Positions 16,660-24,933 of a stretch of DNA of 38,549 nt are shown here, one piece after another. The position numbers and the translations under genes were made by a program. The stretch covers positions 1 through 38,549 of the forward strand of contig CAYIBV010000001.1 of NCBI GenBank assembly GCA_964361725.1, written 5' to 3'. Positions within the stretch are counted from its first letter, which is position 1, and each line of letters begins with the position of its first letter. The notes under the pieces are model-generated. The model was not told the DNA's origin. It made no database searches and saw only the letters and a list, made by a program, of their open reading frames with translations. The DNA comes from an uncultured Methanosarcinales archaeon. Lineage in GTDB: Archaea > Nanobdellota > Nanobdellia > Woesearchaeales > GW2011-AR9.

Positions 16660-17610
16660 TTAAATTAATATCTCAATAACAGCGACCATTCCCCATCCCA
16701 GAAAACACCCTGCGGCAATAAACGGCATGGCCGGGTAGAATTTTTTTTCCTTGCTGAACCATAATAATACACCCAGCCCCAGCAAGGCAAAGAAAGGAAT
16801 CACCAGCGACTGCCATACCCCTAATTCTTTCATCACCACGCCGGCAAAAATCAACGGAAACCCCATATCTCCCCCTCCCAGAATAGCCGTGCGCAGAACT
16901 GCTGCTTTCGCCGTTTTCTTCGTTCCAGAAGAATGAGAAACAATCGTCGTACTGCTCACCACCACTTTCCCCGCAACATACGGTATTAACAATCCTGCAA
17001 AGACTTTTGCCTCTGCCTGAGCTTTGGCAAGCATCACCATGTGTTTTGACTTCCACACTGCATAGGCATCATAGATGGCGATCAACACTAATAAAATACT
17101 CACTGACCATAATGAAAACAACGGAACAAAAATTGCCGCTAATCCTCCGTACACAAATAATTCTGTCATGTTCTGCACCCAGAAATTCGGGCGAAATACT
17201 TTCCATAACCCCACAACAACCGCAAAGATTCCGGCAAGCCACGACCACATAAAGGCACTTCCTGCTACCGTCAAAGAAACCGCCACCGCCACAAAAAACC
17301 ACGACTTCCATATCCAATCCAGATGATACGTCAATAAGAGCAATAACATTCCCGTTCCCACAATGATCGCCACAATGATCGGAATAAACGACGTCTGTTC
17401 ATCCATGGGCGGTCTCTCGCCGATAGGCAAGTCTTTGAATATTGTCTCTCCCGCCTCAACGCTCTTCACCGGATCGATGTACTTATACACCACACCTAAG
17501 CCGATAAACTGCGCCGCTAAAAACATGCCCAGAAGAACGTACGTGACCATAGGAGTGTGTTTCACCCACTGAGAAAAAGAAGAAGAGTTTATTAAAGTAT
17601 TGACAAGCAC
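16660..17610 (-). CDS. presenilin/signal-peptide-peptidase-type intramembrane aspartyl protease
   Basis: Polytopic protein with LIAIYDAYAVW (YD), ILGGGDMGFPLIF (GxGD) and a PAL-like PAMPF motif. The start is either GTG at 17610 or ATG at 17550. Confidence 0.75.
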   Translation of the reverse strand: MLVNTLINSSSFSQWVKHTPMVTYVLLGMFLAAQFIGLGVVYKYIDPVKSVEAGETIFKDLPIGERPPMDEQTSFIPIIVAIIVGTGMLLLLLTYHLDWIWKSWFFVAVAVSLTVAGSAFMWSWLAGIFAVVVGLWKVFRPNFWVQNMTELFVYGGLAAIFVPLFSLWSVSILLVLIAIYDAYAVWKSKHMVMLAKAQAEAKVFAGLLIPYVAGKVVVSSTTIVSHSSGTKKTAKAAVLRTAILGGGDMGFPLIFAGVVMKELGVWQSLVIPFFALLGLGVLLWFSKEKKFYPAMPFIAAGCFLGWGMVAVIEILI

Positions 17611-17650
17611 TACAACTCATTTATTTAACTACTTTAGAGGAATAAAGTAA

Positions 17651-17665
17651 GAAAAGTTTATAAAG
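17651..17665 (+). promoter_or_regulatory. BRE/TATA promoter
   Basis: GAAAAGTTTATAAAG is centred about 27 nt upstream of the ATG at 17687. Confidence 0.5.
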
Positions 17666-17686
17666 AAGTCTCTTCCCAAACGTCCT

Positions 17687-19081
17687 ATGCATTCAACTTC
17701 CATGTATACACCAGAAACTCTTACGGAAAGAACCAGTGGTCTTACTTCTATACATAGAGATCTGTATGAGACTGTAATGGCCTTGCAAGAACTTGCCGCA
17801 AGAATAGGAGATTCTCCCCTGAATCAGACTGCAGCGTATAATATTCAAACCAAGTTCACGGAATTTGCCGATACATTATCTGGCATAGACCTTCTCGTTG
17901 AAGCGCAACAGAACAAACTTGGCTCTTTTCTAGAGTGGGCAGAACTGCTTGACGGAGTGAACCAACCTCTTGCAAAACGAGTGTATTCCATCATAGGAAA
18001 ACGCCTTGACATTCTGTACAAACAACGAGAGGGACTGAGCATACGAATCGCCCAACTCACCACGCTTGGAGAGGATACCATCGCTCTTGCCGCACCCTCA
18101 GAAGGGCAAACATCTACACCATATGCAGAATTGCTGGAAGATATGACTGCAGAAGAACAAGCTCTTTCCACTGTCAGGGAATGGTTTAAAGAAGGAACAG
18201 ACTATTTGAATACAGTTTTCAACCATGTAACAGCTGTTCGTGAACCGCCTGAAGAAAGATCTGACAGAGATTATGGTCTATTAATGACAGAGGCACACGA
18301 TGCCCTTAGCGACCTTCTTCACCGGCGAGAGGAAGCAAAAACATCTCAGGCAGCGGCAGAGGCGGCAGTGCGGGAAGCAGAACGGCGCGCGGGAGAAGCA
18401 GACGCACGGGCAGCAGAAGCAAATTTGTTGTACGAAACAGCAAATGACGAACGAACTACGGCAGTAGCACGTGCCGGCACACTGGAAGCAGACCTCCATG
18501 CCGCAGAAGGAAGAGTGGAAGAAGCAACTAGATTATATTCTGAAAGAGGGCAACAATATAAGGAGATAGAAGAACAACAATCGGCAGTCCTTGCCCGGGC
18601 AGAAACTGCCGAGAGATTTGATAGGGATTTCGCCATAGAAGTAGAAAGATTACGAAGCGAGTCTGGTCTCAACACAGGCACCATTACTGCTCTTCAAGAA
18701 GAACGTGATGAATTACGAGGGCGTGTTGACGCCGTAGAACGGGAACTAACAGATTATAAAGCATCAGAACAGGGTATGACCGCAGCAGAAGAAGAGAATG
18801 CCCGCCTCCATCAGGAAGCAGAAACACGAGAAGCAGAATTACGACAAGCCTATCGCACGGTAGAAGCAGAACAAGAAAGATATAGACTACTACAATCCTC
18901 CGTTGCCGTCACAGAAGCACGGGCAGCAGAACTTGCCACTGGACTAGACACATATCAATATTTATATGAAGATCGAGACCTGGCACTCCAACAACTTCGG
19001 GAACGTCATGGTCGAGTGCTGTCCGGTCTTGAAGCCGCGGGAATTCCTCTGGAAGAAATCATTGCACGAGCCAAGAAATAA
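17687..19081 (+). CDS. long coiled-coil protein, Glu/Ala/Arg-rich (group A, copy 1)
   Basis: 464 aa. The C-terminal roughly 270 aa are heptad-like charged helix (AEAAVREAERRAGEADARAAEA...). No enzymatic motif was seen. Confidence 0.6.
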   Translation: MHSTSMYTPETLTERTSGLTSIHRDLYETVMALQELAARIGDSPLNQTAAYNIQTKFTEFADTLSGIDLLVEAQQNKLGSFLEWAELLDGVNQPLAKRVYSIIGKRLDILYKQREGLSIRIAQLTTLGEDTIALAAPSEGQTSTPYAELLEDMTAEEQALSTVREWFKEGTDYLNTVFNHVTAVREPPEERSDRDYGLLMTEAHDALSDLLHRREEAKTSQAAAEAAVREAERRAGEADARAAEANLLYETANDERTTAVARAGTLEADLHAAEGRVEEATRLYSERGQQYKEIEEQQSAVLARAETAERFDRDFAIEVERLRSESGLNTGTITALQEERDELRGRVDAVERELTDYKASEQGMTAAEEENARLHQEAETREAELRQAYRTVEAEQERYRLLQSSVAVTEARAAELATGLDTYQYLYEDRDLALQQLRERHGRVLSGLEAAGIPLEEIIARAKK

Positions 19082-19091
19082 ATATTCTACG

Positions 19092-20000
19092 ATGACACAT
19101 GATGACCTCTGGCGCGAATGGACACGAAAAGGCATCGATGCATTGGCCGTATTTGATGTAGATCCTCATGATTATTATACGTTCACTACTGCTCTTCTCC
19201 ATCCTGATACTCTCCCCGATGATTTCCTTCGCTGGATGGGAACACAAGACCAAAAACTCAAAGAGAACCTTAAAGGGGAATATCGCAACCTGTCCCGAGA
19301 ATTCCATCCCGATATGTTACAAAGATTTTCTTCGGAACTGATAGGCCAAGCCACAAAAGTCTTTACTAACGTAACAACAGTATATGAAGTTCTCATTGAT
19401 CCTCAACGGTACGAAGTCATACCACACGACACAGTACCACCAACATCTCCTATGATGGAATACGTGCAGAGTTTACACGCTACCGGCTTGCGCATTCGCG
19501 ACCACCCCGCGCGGCGTGATGTGGAATTAATGCTGGCAAAAAAAAACATGACTCTTGAACTTCGTACTATCACTGATCCCACTCCCGCTACACAACAACA
19601 ACCTTTCCCTTCACCAGACAGAGAGAGAGATCAACGAGAAGCTGCTGAGGCACGTGCTGCTGCTGACGCGGCAAGAGCACAAGCAGAAGATTATAAAACA
19701 CGATGGCAACGATGCTCCAGCATTCTTTCCCAATATGAAATTCTCGGCAGCCCGGAGGAAGTCATTCGCCTTCCTAAACTTATAGAACAACTACGGGAAA
19801 TGGGCACTCTTCGCGCTGCTTTGCAACAAGTACAAACTGAACTGGATGCAGTACAACTTCAGGCAGAAGAGCGAGAAGCAGCCATTGCCTTATTCGCAGA
19901 ACTCACCAGTGGAAGAACAAGAACACCCCCCTACGGTTTTTTCTCTAGTGATCCAGAACAAGCGGCAATCCGGCTGAGAGCTATTCTTAAAAGAGTCTAG
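19092..20000 (+). CDS. J-domain protein with C-terminal coiled coil (group B, copy 1)
   Basis: ATG at 19092, 10 nt after the upstream stop. LKGEYRNLSREFHPDMLQRF...TKVFTNVTTVYEVLIDPQRYE matches J-domain helices II-III, including HPD (19305-19313). The C-terminus contains YEILGSPEEV followed by coiled coil. Confidence 0.6.
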   Translation: MTHDDLWREWTRKGIDALAVFDVDPHDYYTFTTALLHPDTLPDDFLRWMGTQDQKLKENLKGEYRNLSREFHPDMLQRFSSELIGQATKVFTNVTTVYEVLIDPQRYEVIPHDTVPPTSPMMEYVQSLHATGLRIRDHPARRDVELMLAKKNMTLELRTITDPTPATQQQPFPSPDRERDQREAAEARAAADAARAQAEDYKTRWQRCSSILSQYEILGSPEEVIRLPKLIEQLREMGTLRAALQQVQTELDAVQLQAEEREAAIALFAELTSGRTRTPPYGFFSSDPEQAAIRLRAILKRV

Positions 20001-20022
20001 TAAGATTATGATAAAAATGCGT

Positions 20023-20060
20023 GAAACAAAAAATGAAATCGCAGTTTCATTTTTTGTTTC
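20023..20060. terminator. 16-bp perfect stem-loop
   Basis: GAAACAAAAAATGAAA-TCGCAG-TTTCATTTTTTGTTTC, 23 nt after the stop of the 19092-20000 gene. Confidence 0.45.
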
Positions 20061-20082
20061 TTAACTACACATTTTTAGCACA

Positions 20083-20138
20083 AGAAATACGAAAAATATC
20101 GTATTTCTGTGCAGAAATAAGATTGTTATCTTATTTCT
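20083..20138. other. two adjacent 10-bp stem-loops sharing the AGAAATA arm
   Basis: AGAAATACGA/TCGTATTTCT (20083-20108) and AGAAATAAGA/TCTTATTTCT (20113-20138). Confidence 0.4.
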
Positions 20139-20145
20139 TGCATGC

Positions 20146-20194
20146 AAAAAATTTCGCACTGAAGGGCGGGGTTTTACACCCTGCGAAATTTTTT
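20146..20194. repeat. stem-loop element family, copy B
   Basis: 13-bp stem AAAAAATTTCGCA/TGCGAAATTTTTT. The loop is CTGAAGGGCGGGGTTTTACACCC. It lies 18 nt from the herA stop. Confidence 0.6.
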
Positions 20195-20211
20195 CGCATA
20201 AAATCCTACGA

Positions 20212-21768
20212 TTATCCAAATCCCACATACTGTTGCTCTACTTTTTTGTTTTCCACATCTTTCTTCACAAATTCCGAAAACAACGGCACTTTGATAGGAA
20301 CAGCAAACCGCGTAAACGTCGATGTCACGATCGCTTCTCCTTTATCGAGGGCAGCAATATTCCTGCTGTCCTGGCTCAAATCCTGGGGGGAAGATTCCAT
20401 CACCGCCTGCCGTTCTGTATTCATTTCTAATCCCAAAATTATTTTTGTATTCATGTTCGCTAAAATATTCTTTGGAATTTCTGAAGGCAGCTGGGTGATG
20501 GCAAACAATCCTACCTGAAATTTCCGTCCTTCTCGAGCAATGCTTTCAAACACATTACTGCCCTGCTCCAACACTTTTGCCCCTAACACCCGGGGAGCTT
20601 CTTCTAACACAATGGAAACAACGGGTTTCTCTTCCAGCTTCCCTTGTTTCTTATAGTGCCTATATCGCTCAAAGATCTCTGAGGCAATCATGCTCCCCAC
20701 CAAAATCTCCAATGCTCCGGAGAAATAACTCGTGTCCATGATAACAATCTTCCCCTGCTCTAAAAACCGGCAGATATCAGAAATCGTATTTTCACCGGCC
20801 ACGACATCAAACAATCCCTCGCTGCTCATGCGCCCCTGCTCTACCTCTAACCCCAACAACGAAATGAGTTTTCTTTTCACCACTGCAATAGTATCTTCAT
20901 GAAATAACACTCCCTCGATGCGCTGTTCTTCCACAATGGCGGAAATCCACTCCTCTTTAAATTTCCGATGATAGGCATACAAACACTGCCGCTGCGGATC
21001 TGATAACGCTATTGCTCCCTGAAAATGTTCCGGCTTTAGTTTTTTCAGATGGATTTTCAGAGTAAATGCCCCTGGTGGGGGAGCGATAGGAGTGTAATAT
21101 TTTATGGTATCACCACGAGGATGATCTTTTAACCCCAATCCTGTCCGTCCATAATATTCATCATGAGGATCTAACACCAGCATTCCTGCATATTCCTGAT
21201 GCGCGATATTCCACAAAATGCAGGACATCAAATTACTTTTTCCCTTCCCTGTGGACGCGGGAATCAACACATGATGGCGCAACACTTCTTTTCCCGGAAC
21301 AAAGATATCCATATCCATTTCCCGGCTTCCGCTGCGTAACTTCCCTAAGAACAACGGCATCTTCGGTGTCGTAATAAATGAAAGATCTTCTTTCTCAATT
21401 TCCCGCACTTTAGAAAAAAACGGAGGAAGTTTCTTGCACGTCACACTCCCCTTTCCTACAGTCAGGACGGGCTTAAGCAGCGCTAACTGATACGTGCGTA
21501 ATCGCTCATCCAAAAGAGAAACATCTCCTTCTTCTAAATTCATTCCTGCCACCATCTCTAAATTTTGGGGAGAAATTTGGCTGCCATACACTAAGTCATA
21601 CACTTGCAGGATAAACTTCTCCCCATTCTGTTCAATAACCACTAATTCTCCCAGCTCCACGTTTTCGGAAGACTTAATGCGCATCACGATCTTCCCGAAA
21701 TCTCCTGCAACGACCTGTCCTTTGATCATGCCTGCAACGGCATATCTCACCTTTTTAAGAATTTGCAT
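20212..21768 (-). CDS. herA: HerA-type (DUF87/FtsK-HerA superfamily) ATPase
   Basis: N-terminal barrel-like segment. Walker A is [11 protein letters not shown]. Walker B is [30 protein letters not shown] is typical of HerA. Confidence 0.75.
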   Translation of the reverse strand: MQILKKVRYAVAGMIKGQVVAGDFGKIVMRIKSSENVELGELVVIEQNGEKFILQVYDLVYGSQISPQNLEMVAGMNLEEGDVSLLDERLRTYQLALLKPVLTVGKGSVTCKKLPPFFSKVREIEKEDLSFITTPKMPLFLGKLRSGSREMDMDIFVPGKEVLRHHVLIPASTGKGKSNLMSCILWNIAHQEYAGMLVLDPHDEYYGRTGLGLKDHPRGDTIKYYTPIAPPPGAFTLKIHLKKLKPEHFQGAIALSDPQRQCLYAYHRKFKEEWISAIVEEQRIEGVLFHEDTIAVVKRKLISLLGLEVEQGRMSSEGLFDVVAGENTISDICRFLEQGKIVIMDTSYFSGALEILVGSMIASEIFERYRHYKKQGKLEEKPVVSIVLEEAPRVLGAKVLEQGSNVFESIAREGRKFQVGLFAITQLPSEIPKNILANMNTKIILGLEMNTERQAVMESSPQDLSQDSRNIAALDKGEAIVTSTFTRFAVPIKVPLFSEFVKKDVENKKVEQQYVGFG

Positions 21769-21836
21769 GCTTCACGCCCACAATCTCCTCTTCGTCCAAT
21801 TTAATTTATTTACTACTTTAAAGAAATAAAAGTACC

Positions 21837-21850
21837 AAAAAGTTTATAAA
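21837..21850 (+). promoter_or_regulatory. BRE/TATA promoter
   Basis: AAAAAGTTTATAAA lies about 30 nt upstream of the ATG at 21876. Confidence 0.5.
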
Positions 21851-21875
21851 TGAGCGTTTATTTTGCCCTGATACA

Positions 21876-23006
21876 ATGGACACTTTACCGAACCCTTTAT
21901 CAATGGCAATTGAACAATACCAAAGACGAGCATTGCAATCCAGCATGGATTATCAGGCATTATCAACCCAACCAGACGATGCTTCTTCCACTCTTCCCCT
22001 TGACCATTACAGGACACGATTCCAAGAAGCAGTAGAAAGCACTCTCACAGAATTGAAATATTGTACGGCCGTCCTTCAGGATGCCAGCAACGGTCAACAT
22101 GCTGATCTTTTGCAAGGCGAATTTGCTGATGAAGAATCACCTCTGCATATTGCAATTAAAGATACGCTCCATACCGCGAAGCAAAGATATGAGCACTTAG
22201 CATCAGTTCAGGGAGTGGTATCAGATCTCGCTTCCGGAACTGCCCCGGCAGCTGTGCGGGAACAGACTTTAGGAGGATACATTGCGAGTATTACTGGAGA
22301 ACGAGACAGCGCACGGGATAATTTCGACACTCTTAATGTATTATATCATTCCATTGTTCCTTCAGAGAGTACTCCTGATCCCGAGGGAGAACGTCGTGCT
22401 GTAGGAGAATTAGAAAGAGCAACCGGATCTGTGGAAGAAGGAGTCTCAGATTTGGTACGAAGATATCAGGGTTTACAAAGAGAATTAGCAGAATTGCAAG
22501 GAACATTAGCACAATCACGCCAAGAATATGAAACTCTGGAAAGAATACATGGAGAGACAGAAGATGAACTTTCTGGAAAGAAAAGCGACTTAGAAACTGC
22601 TCTGGAACGAGAACATTCCTTGCAAAAGCAACTTGCCGACGTAGAGACAAGTTATACAACCCTCAACGGAGATTATGATACATTACATGGTGTTCATAGC
22701 AGCCTTACTGATATGCATACACAGTTAACGGCAGTGCAGGGGCAGTTACGAAGAGAACACGATACTTTACAGGGAGATTACCGTCAACAATCAGCAGACT
22801 ATGTGTTGGAACAGGCGCGAACACAATCTTTAGAGCAACAGCTTGCTGCCGCCGAACAGCGCATTACAAGGATGACCGAGCAACAAGCTGTTCTGCGAAG
22901 TACGAACACCAAATTGCTGGAAAAGAAACTGGCCGCCGAGCGCGCCAGAGCAGCACAAGCAGCATCTATTGCCAACATCTTGGATAATATTCCTCAAAAG
23001 GGATAA
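21876..23006 (+). CDS. long coiled-coil protein (group A, copy 2)
   Basis: 376 aa. The C-terminal roughly 200 aa are charged heptad-like helix (LQRELAELQGTLAQSRQEYETLERIHGETEDEL...). It has the same position and orientation relative to its partner as 17687-19081. Confidence 0.6.
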   Translation: MDTLPNPLSMAIEQYQRRALQSSMDYQALSTQPDDASSTLPLDHYRTRFQEAVESTLTELKYCTAVLQDASNGQHADLLQGEFADEESPLHIAIKDTLHTAKQRYEHLASVQGVVSDLASGTAPAAVREQTLGGYIASITGERDSARDNFDTLNVLYHSIVPSESTPDPEGERRAVGELERATGSVEEGVSDLVRRYQGLQRELAELQGTLAQSRQEYETLERIHGETEDELSGKKSDLETALEREHSLQKQLADVETSYTTLNGDYDTLHGVHSSLTDMHTQLTAVQGQLRREHDTLQGDYRQQSADYVLEQARTQSLEQQLAAAEQRITRMTEQQAVLRSTNTKLLEKKLAAERARAAQAASIANILDNIPQKG

Positions 23007-23079
23007 TTATCCCTCCCTCAAAAATACTTGCCTACAAAAAATGGTGTACTGTGAATGAAGATGAACACACTACCACAAC

Positions 23080-24366
23080 ATGACTCAGTTAATCACTGTC
23101 CAGACTGCACGCGTCAATTTATTACAAGTTTTCGATCTTGATGCTACTCAGTACTTTCTGCCAGAAACCTCTTCTTTTCGTTCTGTTGAAGATGCAGCAC
23201 AGGGGACATACAAGCAGGAAACAGAACGATTTCTGAGAGATATCACTGCCCAATATCATGGCCTTCGCGCTGTGTTAAGTCCTCAGGCCAATGAATCTTT
23301 CCCTGCATCAGTACAACAAGAAGCGGCGGATCTTCTGCATCAGGTGGAAATAGCATACAAAGTATTAACAGACAGAAGAAATCTTGATGTAGTATTTGAA
23401 CCCCATCAAAAGTCCTATTCTTTTCTTTTAGCATGGTATGTACAAGAACTCAGAGAGACGCCGGCAGAATGGAGATCCCCAGCGTTATGCAGAAAACTGA
23501 CCATATACTTTGAAAAAAGATCACTGGTAGAAGAAGTGCACCGTGCTGCTTCAAAGAGTGATGATTCACCACAGCCAGCACAGCCCGCACATGCAGAGTC
23601 CATAAATCCACAAAGCCATGATTCTCTTGTAGAAGAATTACAGAGTGCACTCCACCATCAGGCACTCCAGACAGAAAGAAATGGAGGCTACCTGCAAGGT
23701 CTTATTGACAGTCAGGAAGTACGATATATGTTTCACCATGCTCTCGAAACCAGCCTTCGAAAAGGAAGAGGACAAGAAGTATCTATTCAATTTCTTCAAG
23801 ACTCTTTTCTTCGCCAGCGGAAGGAAATCAATCGCATTCGAGAAGAAGAACAACAAGTGAGAACACAATTAGACGCCTATCGTGCTTTGGGAACACCTGC
23901 TTCTATTCAGGAACGCGTTCAAGAACAACAAGCACGCCTCGTAGAACTACTACAACAAAAACGTGAATGGAGTGCCCGGTTTGCCGCAGCAGAAAGAACA
24001 GCCGCCAGTACTAACGCAGAATTACAACAGCTGCGGGGAGATCGGGAACTTCTCAGAAAATATCGTGCATTAGGATCACCAGAAAGCCTCGCGGAAATGA
24101 AACGAGAATATGAACCTCTTCAGGGAGAAATGGAAACTCTTACAGAACGAGTACTGATCGCTGAAGCAATTGCAGAAGAAGCGCAAACGCTGTTATCAGT
24201 AGCGGTACAACGTACTGAACAGGCTGAGTATAAAGAACAATTAATGTTGAAGCTTCGTCCTTCCGGAAGATGGATTCCCCCGGCTGTCGCTCCCCGCGTA
24301 CGGAGCGTTACCAGACAATTACAGGGCATAGATCGATTACTTCGTGCTGTACTGGAAGAAGAATAA
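23080..24366 (+). CDS. degenerate J-like domain protein with coiled coil (group B, copy 2)
   Basis: N-terminal LLQVFDLDATQYF...AQYHGLRAVLSPQAN...VEIAYKVLTDRRN aligns by eye to the J-domain of 19092-20000, but HPD is replaced by SPQ (23278-23286). Two YRALG(T/S)P motifs match YEILGSPE in the paralog. Confidence 0.55.
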   Translation: MTQLITVQTARVNLLQVFDLDATQYFLPETSSFRSVEDAAQGTYKQETERFLRDITAQYHGLRAVLSPQANESFPASVQQEAADLLHQVEIAYKVLTDRRNLDVVFEPHQKSYSFLLAWYVQELRETPAEWRSPALCRKLTIYFEKRSLVEEVHRAASKSDDSPQPAQPAHAESINPQSHDSLVEELQSALHHQALQTERNGGYLQGLIDSQEVRYMFHHALETSLRKGRGQEVSIQFLQDSFLRQRKEINRIREEEQQVRTQLDAYRALGTPASIQERVQEQQARLVELLQQKREWSARFAAAERTAASTNAELQQLRGDRELLRKYRALGSPESLAEMKREYEPLQGEMETLTERVLIAEAIAEEAQTLLSVAVQRTEQAEYKEQLMLKLRPSGRWIPPAVAPRVRSVTRQLQGIDRLLRAVLEEE

Positions 24367-24411
24367 AGTTTTTGAATCATTTCTCAATGGTATAGTACCG
24401 ATTTCTCAGTA

Positions 24412-24426
24412 GAAATATTTATAAAA
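24412..24426 (+). promoter_or_regulatory. BRE/TATA promoter
   Basis: GAAATATTTATAAAA lies about 28 nt upstream of the ATG at 24449. Confidence 0.5.
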
Positions 24427-24448
24427 CAGCCACCTTTTGATATAAACT

Positions 24449-24703
24449 ATGGAGGCTACAGTGTATAGTTTTCGCCGTGGACGGCATACGCAGAATACTA
24501 GGCAGATGATTCTTAAAATAGCTGACTCTGCAGAAGGAGCGCAAAAGTTCATCGGCAAGACCGTTACCTGGACTTCTTCTGCCGGAAATGAAATCAAAGG
24601 GAAAATTTCTGCTCTCCATGGTAGAAATGGATCCGTAAGAGCTTTATTTACCGCTAAAGGACTACCAGGTCAATCATTAGGACAAAAAGTCCGCATTGAG
24701 TAA
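24449..24703 (+). CDS. rpl35ae: ribosomal protein L35Ae
   Basis: 84 aa. SFRRGRHTQNTRQMILKI...GKTVTWTSSAGNEIKGKISALHGRNGSVRALF fits the eL33/L35Ae pattern. Confidence 0.7.
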   Translation: MEATVYSFRRGRHTQNTRQMILKIADSAEGAQKFIGKTVTWTSSAGNEIKGKISALHGRNGSVRALFTAKGLPGQSLGQKVRIE

Positions 24704-24705
24704 GT

Positions 24706-24750
24706 ATAGTGGCGGACATAAATAAGTAAGCATTAATTAGCCGCTACTAT
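24706..24750 (+). terminator. 10-bp stem-loop after L35Ae
   Basis: ATAGTGGCGG pairs with CCGCTACTAT (one G-T). It starts 3 nt after the stop. A second hairpin, GACGCAA/TTGCGTC, lies at 24759-24789. Confidence 0.4.
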
Positions 24751-24933
24751 ATATGAAAGACGCAACTATTTTGCTTAATTATTTGCGTCCTTCAGTATAC
24801 ATACTATCTCTGGAGGCAAAAGCCAAGAGGTGAGTTTGACATTCTACATGGAGTAAATATTTATATACTCTAAGTTTCTTTTCTGACTATATAATAAAGA
24901 GGGAAATTTTCCTCAAAAAGAGTTGGTTTTTGT

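Noticed and set aside
18966-19091. N-terminal extension of the J-domain gene that overlaps the end of 17687-19081
   Set aside because: The extension has no protein-like features. An ATG at 19092 lies 10 nt after the upstream stop and begins the conserved region.
20021-20518. 165-aa plus-strand ORF
   Set aside because: Its first third runs through the hairpin array and the rest is antisense to herA. The translation is Phe/Leu/Ile-rich low-complexity.
20212-21768. Canonical herA-nurA-mre11-rad50 repair operon
   Set aside because: No nuclease, phosphoesterase or Rad50 ABC ATPase motifs occur in the flanking genes. The coiled-coil neighbours lack Walker motifs.
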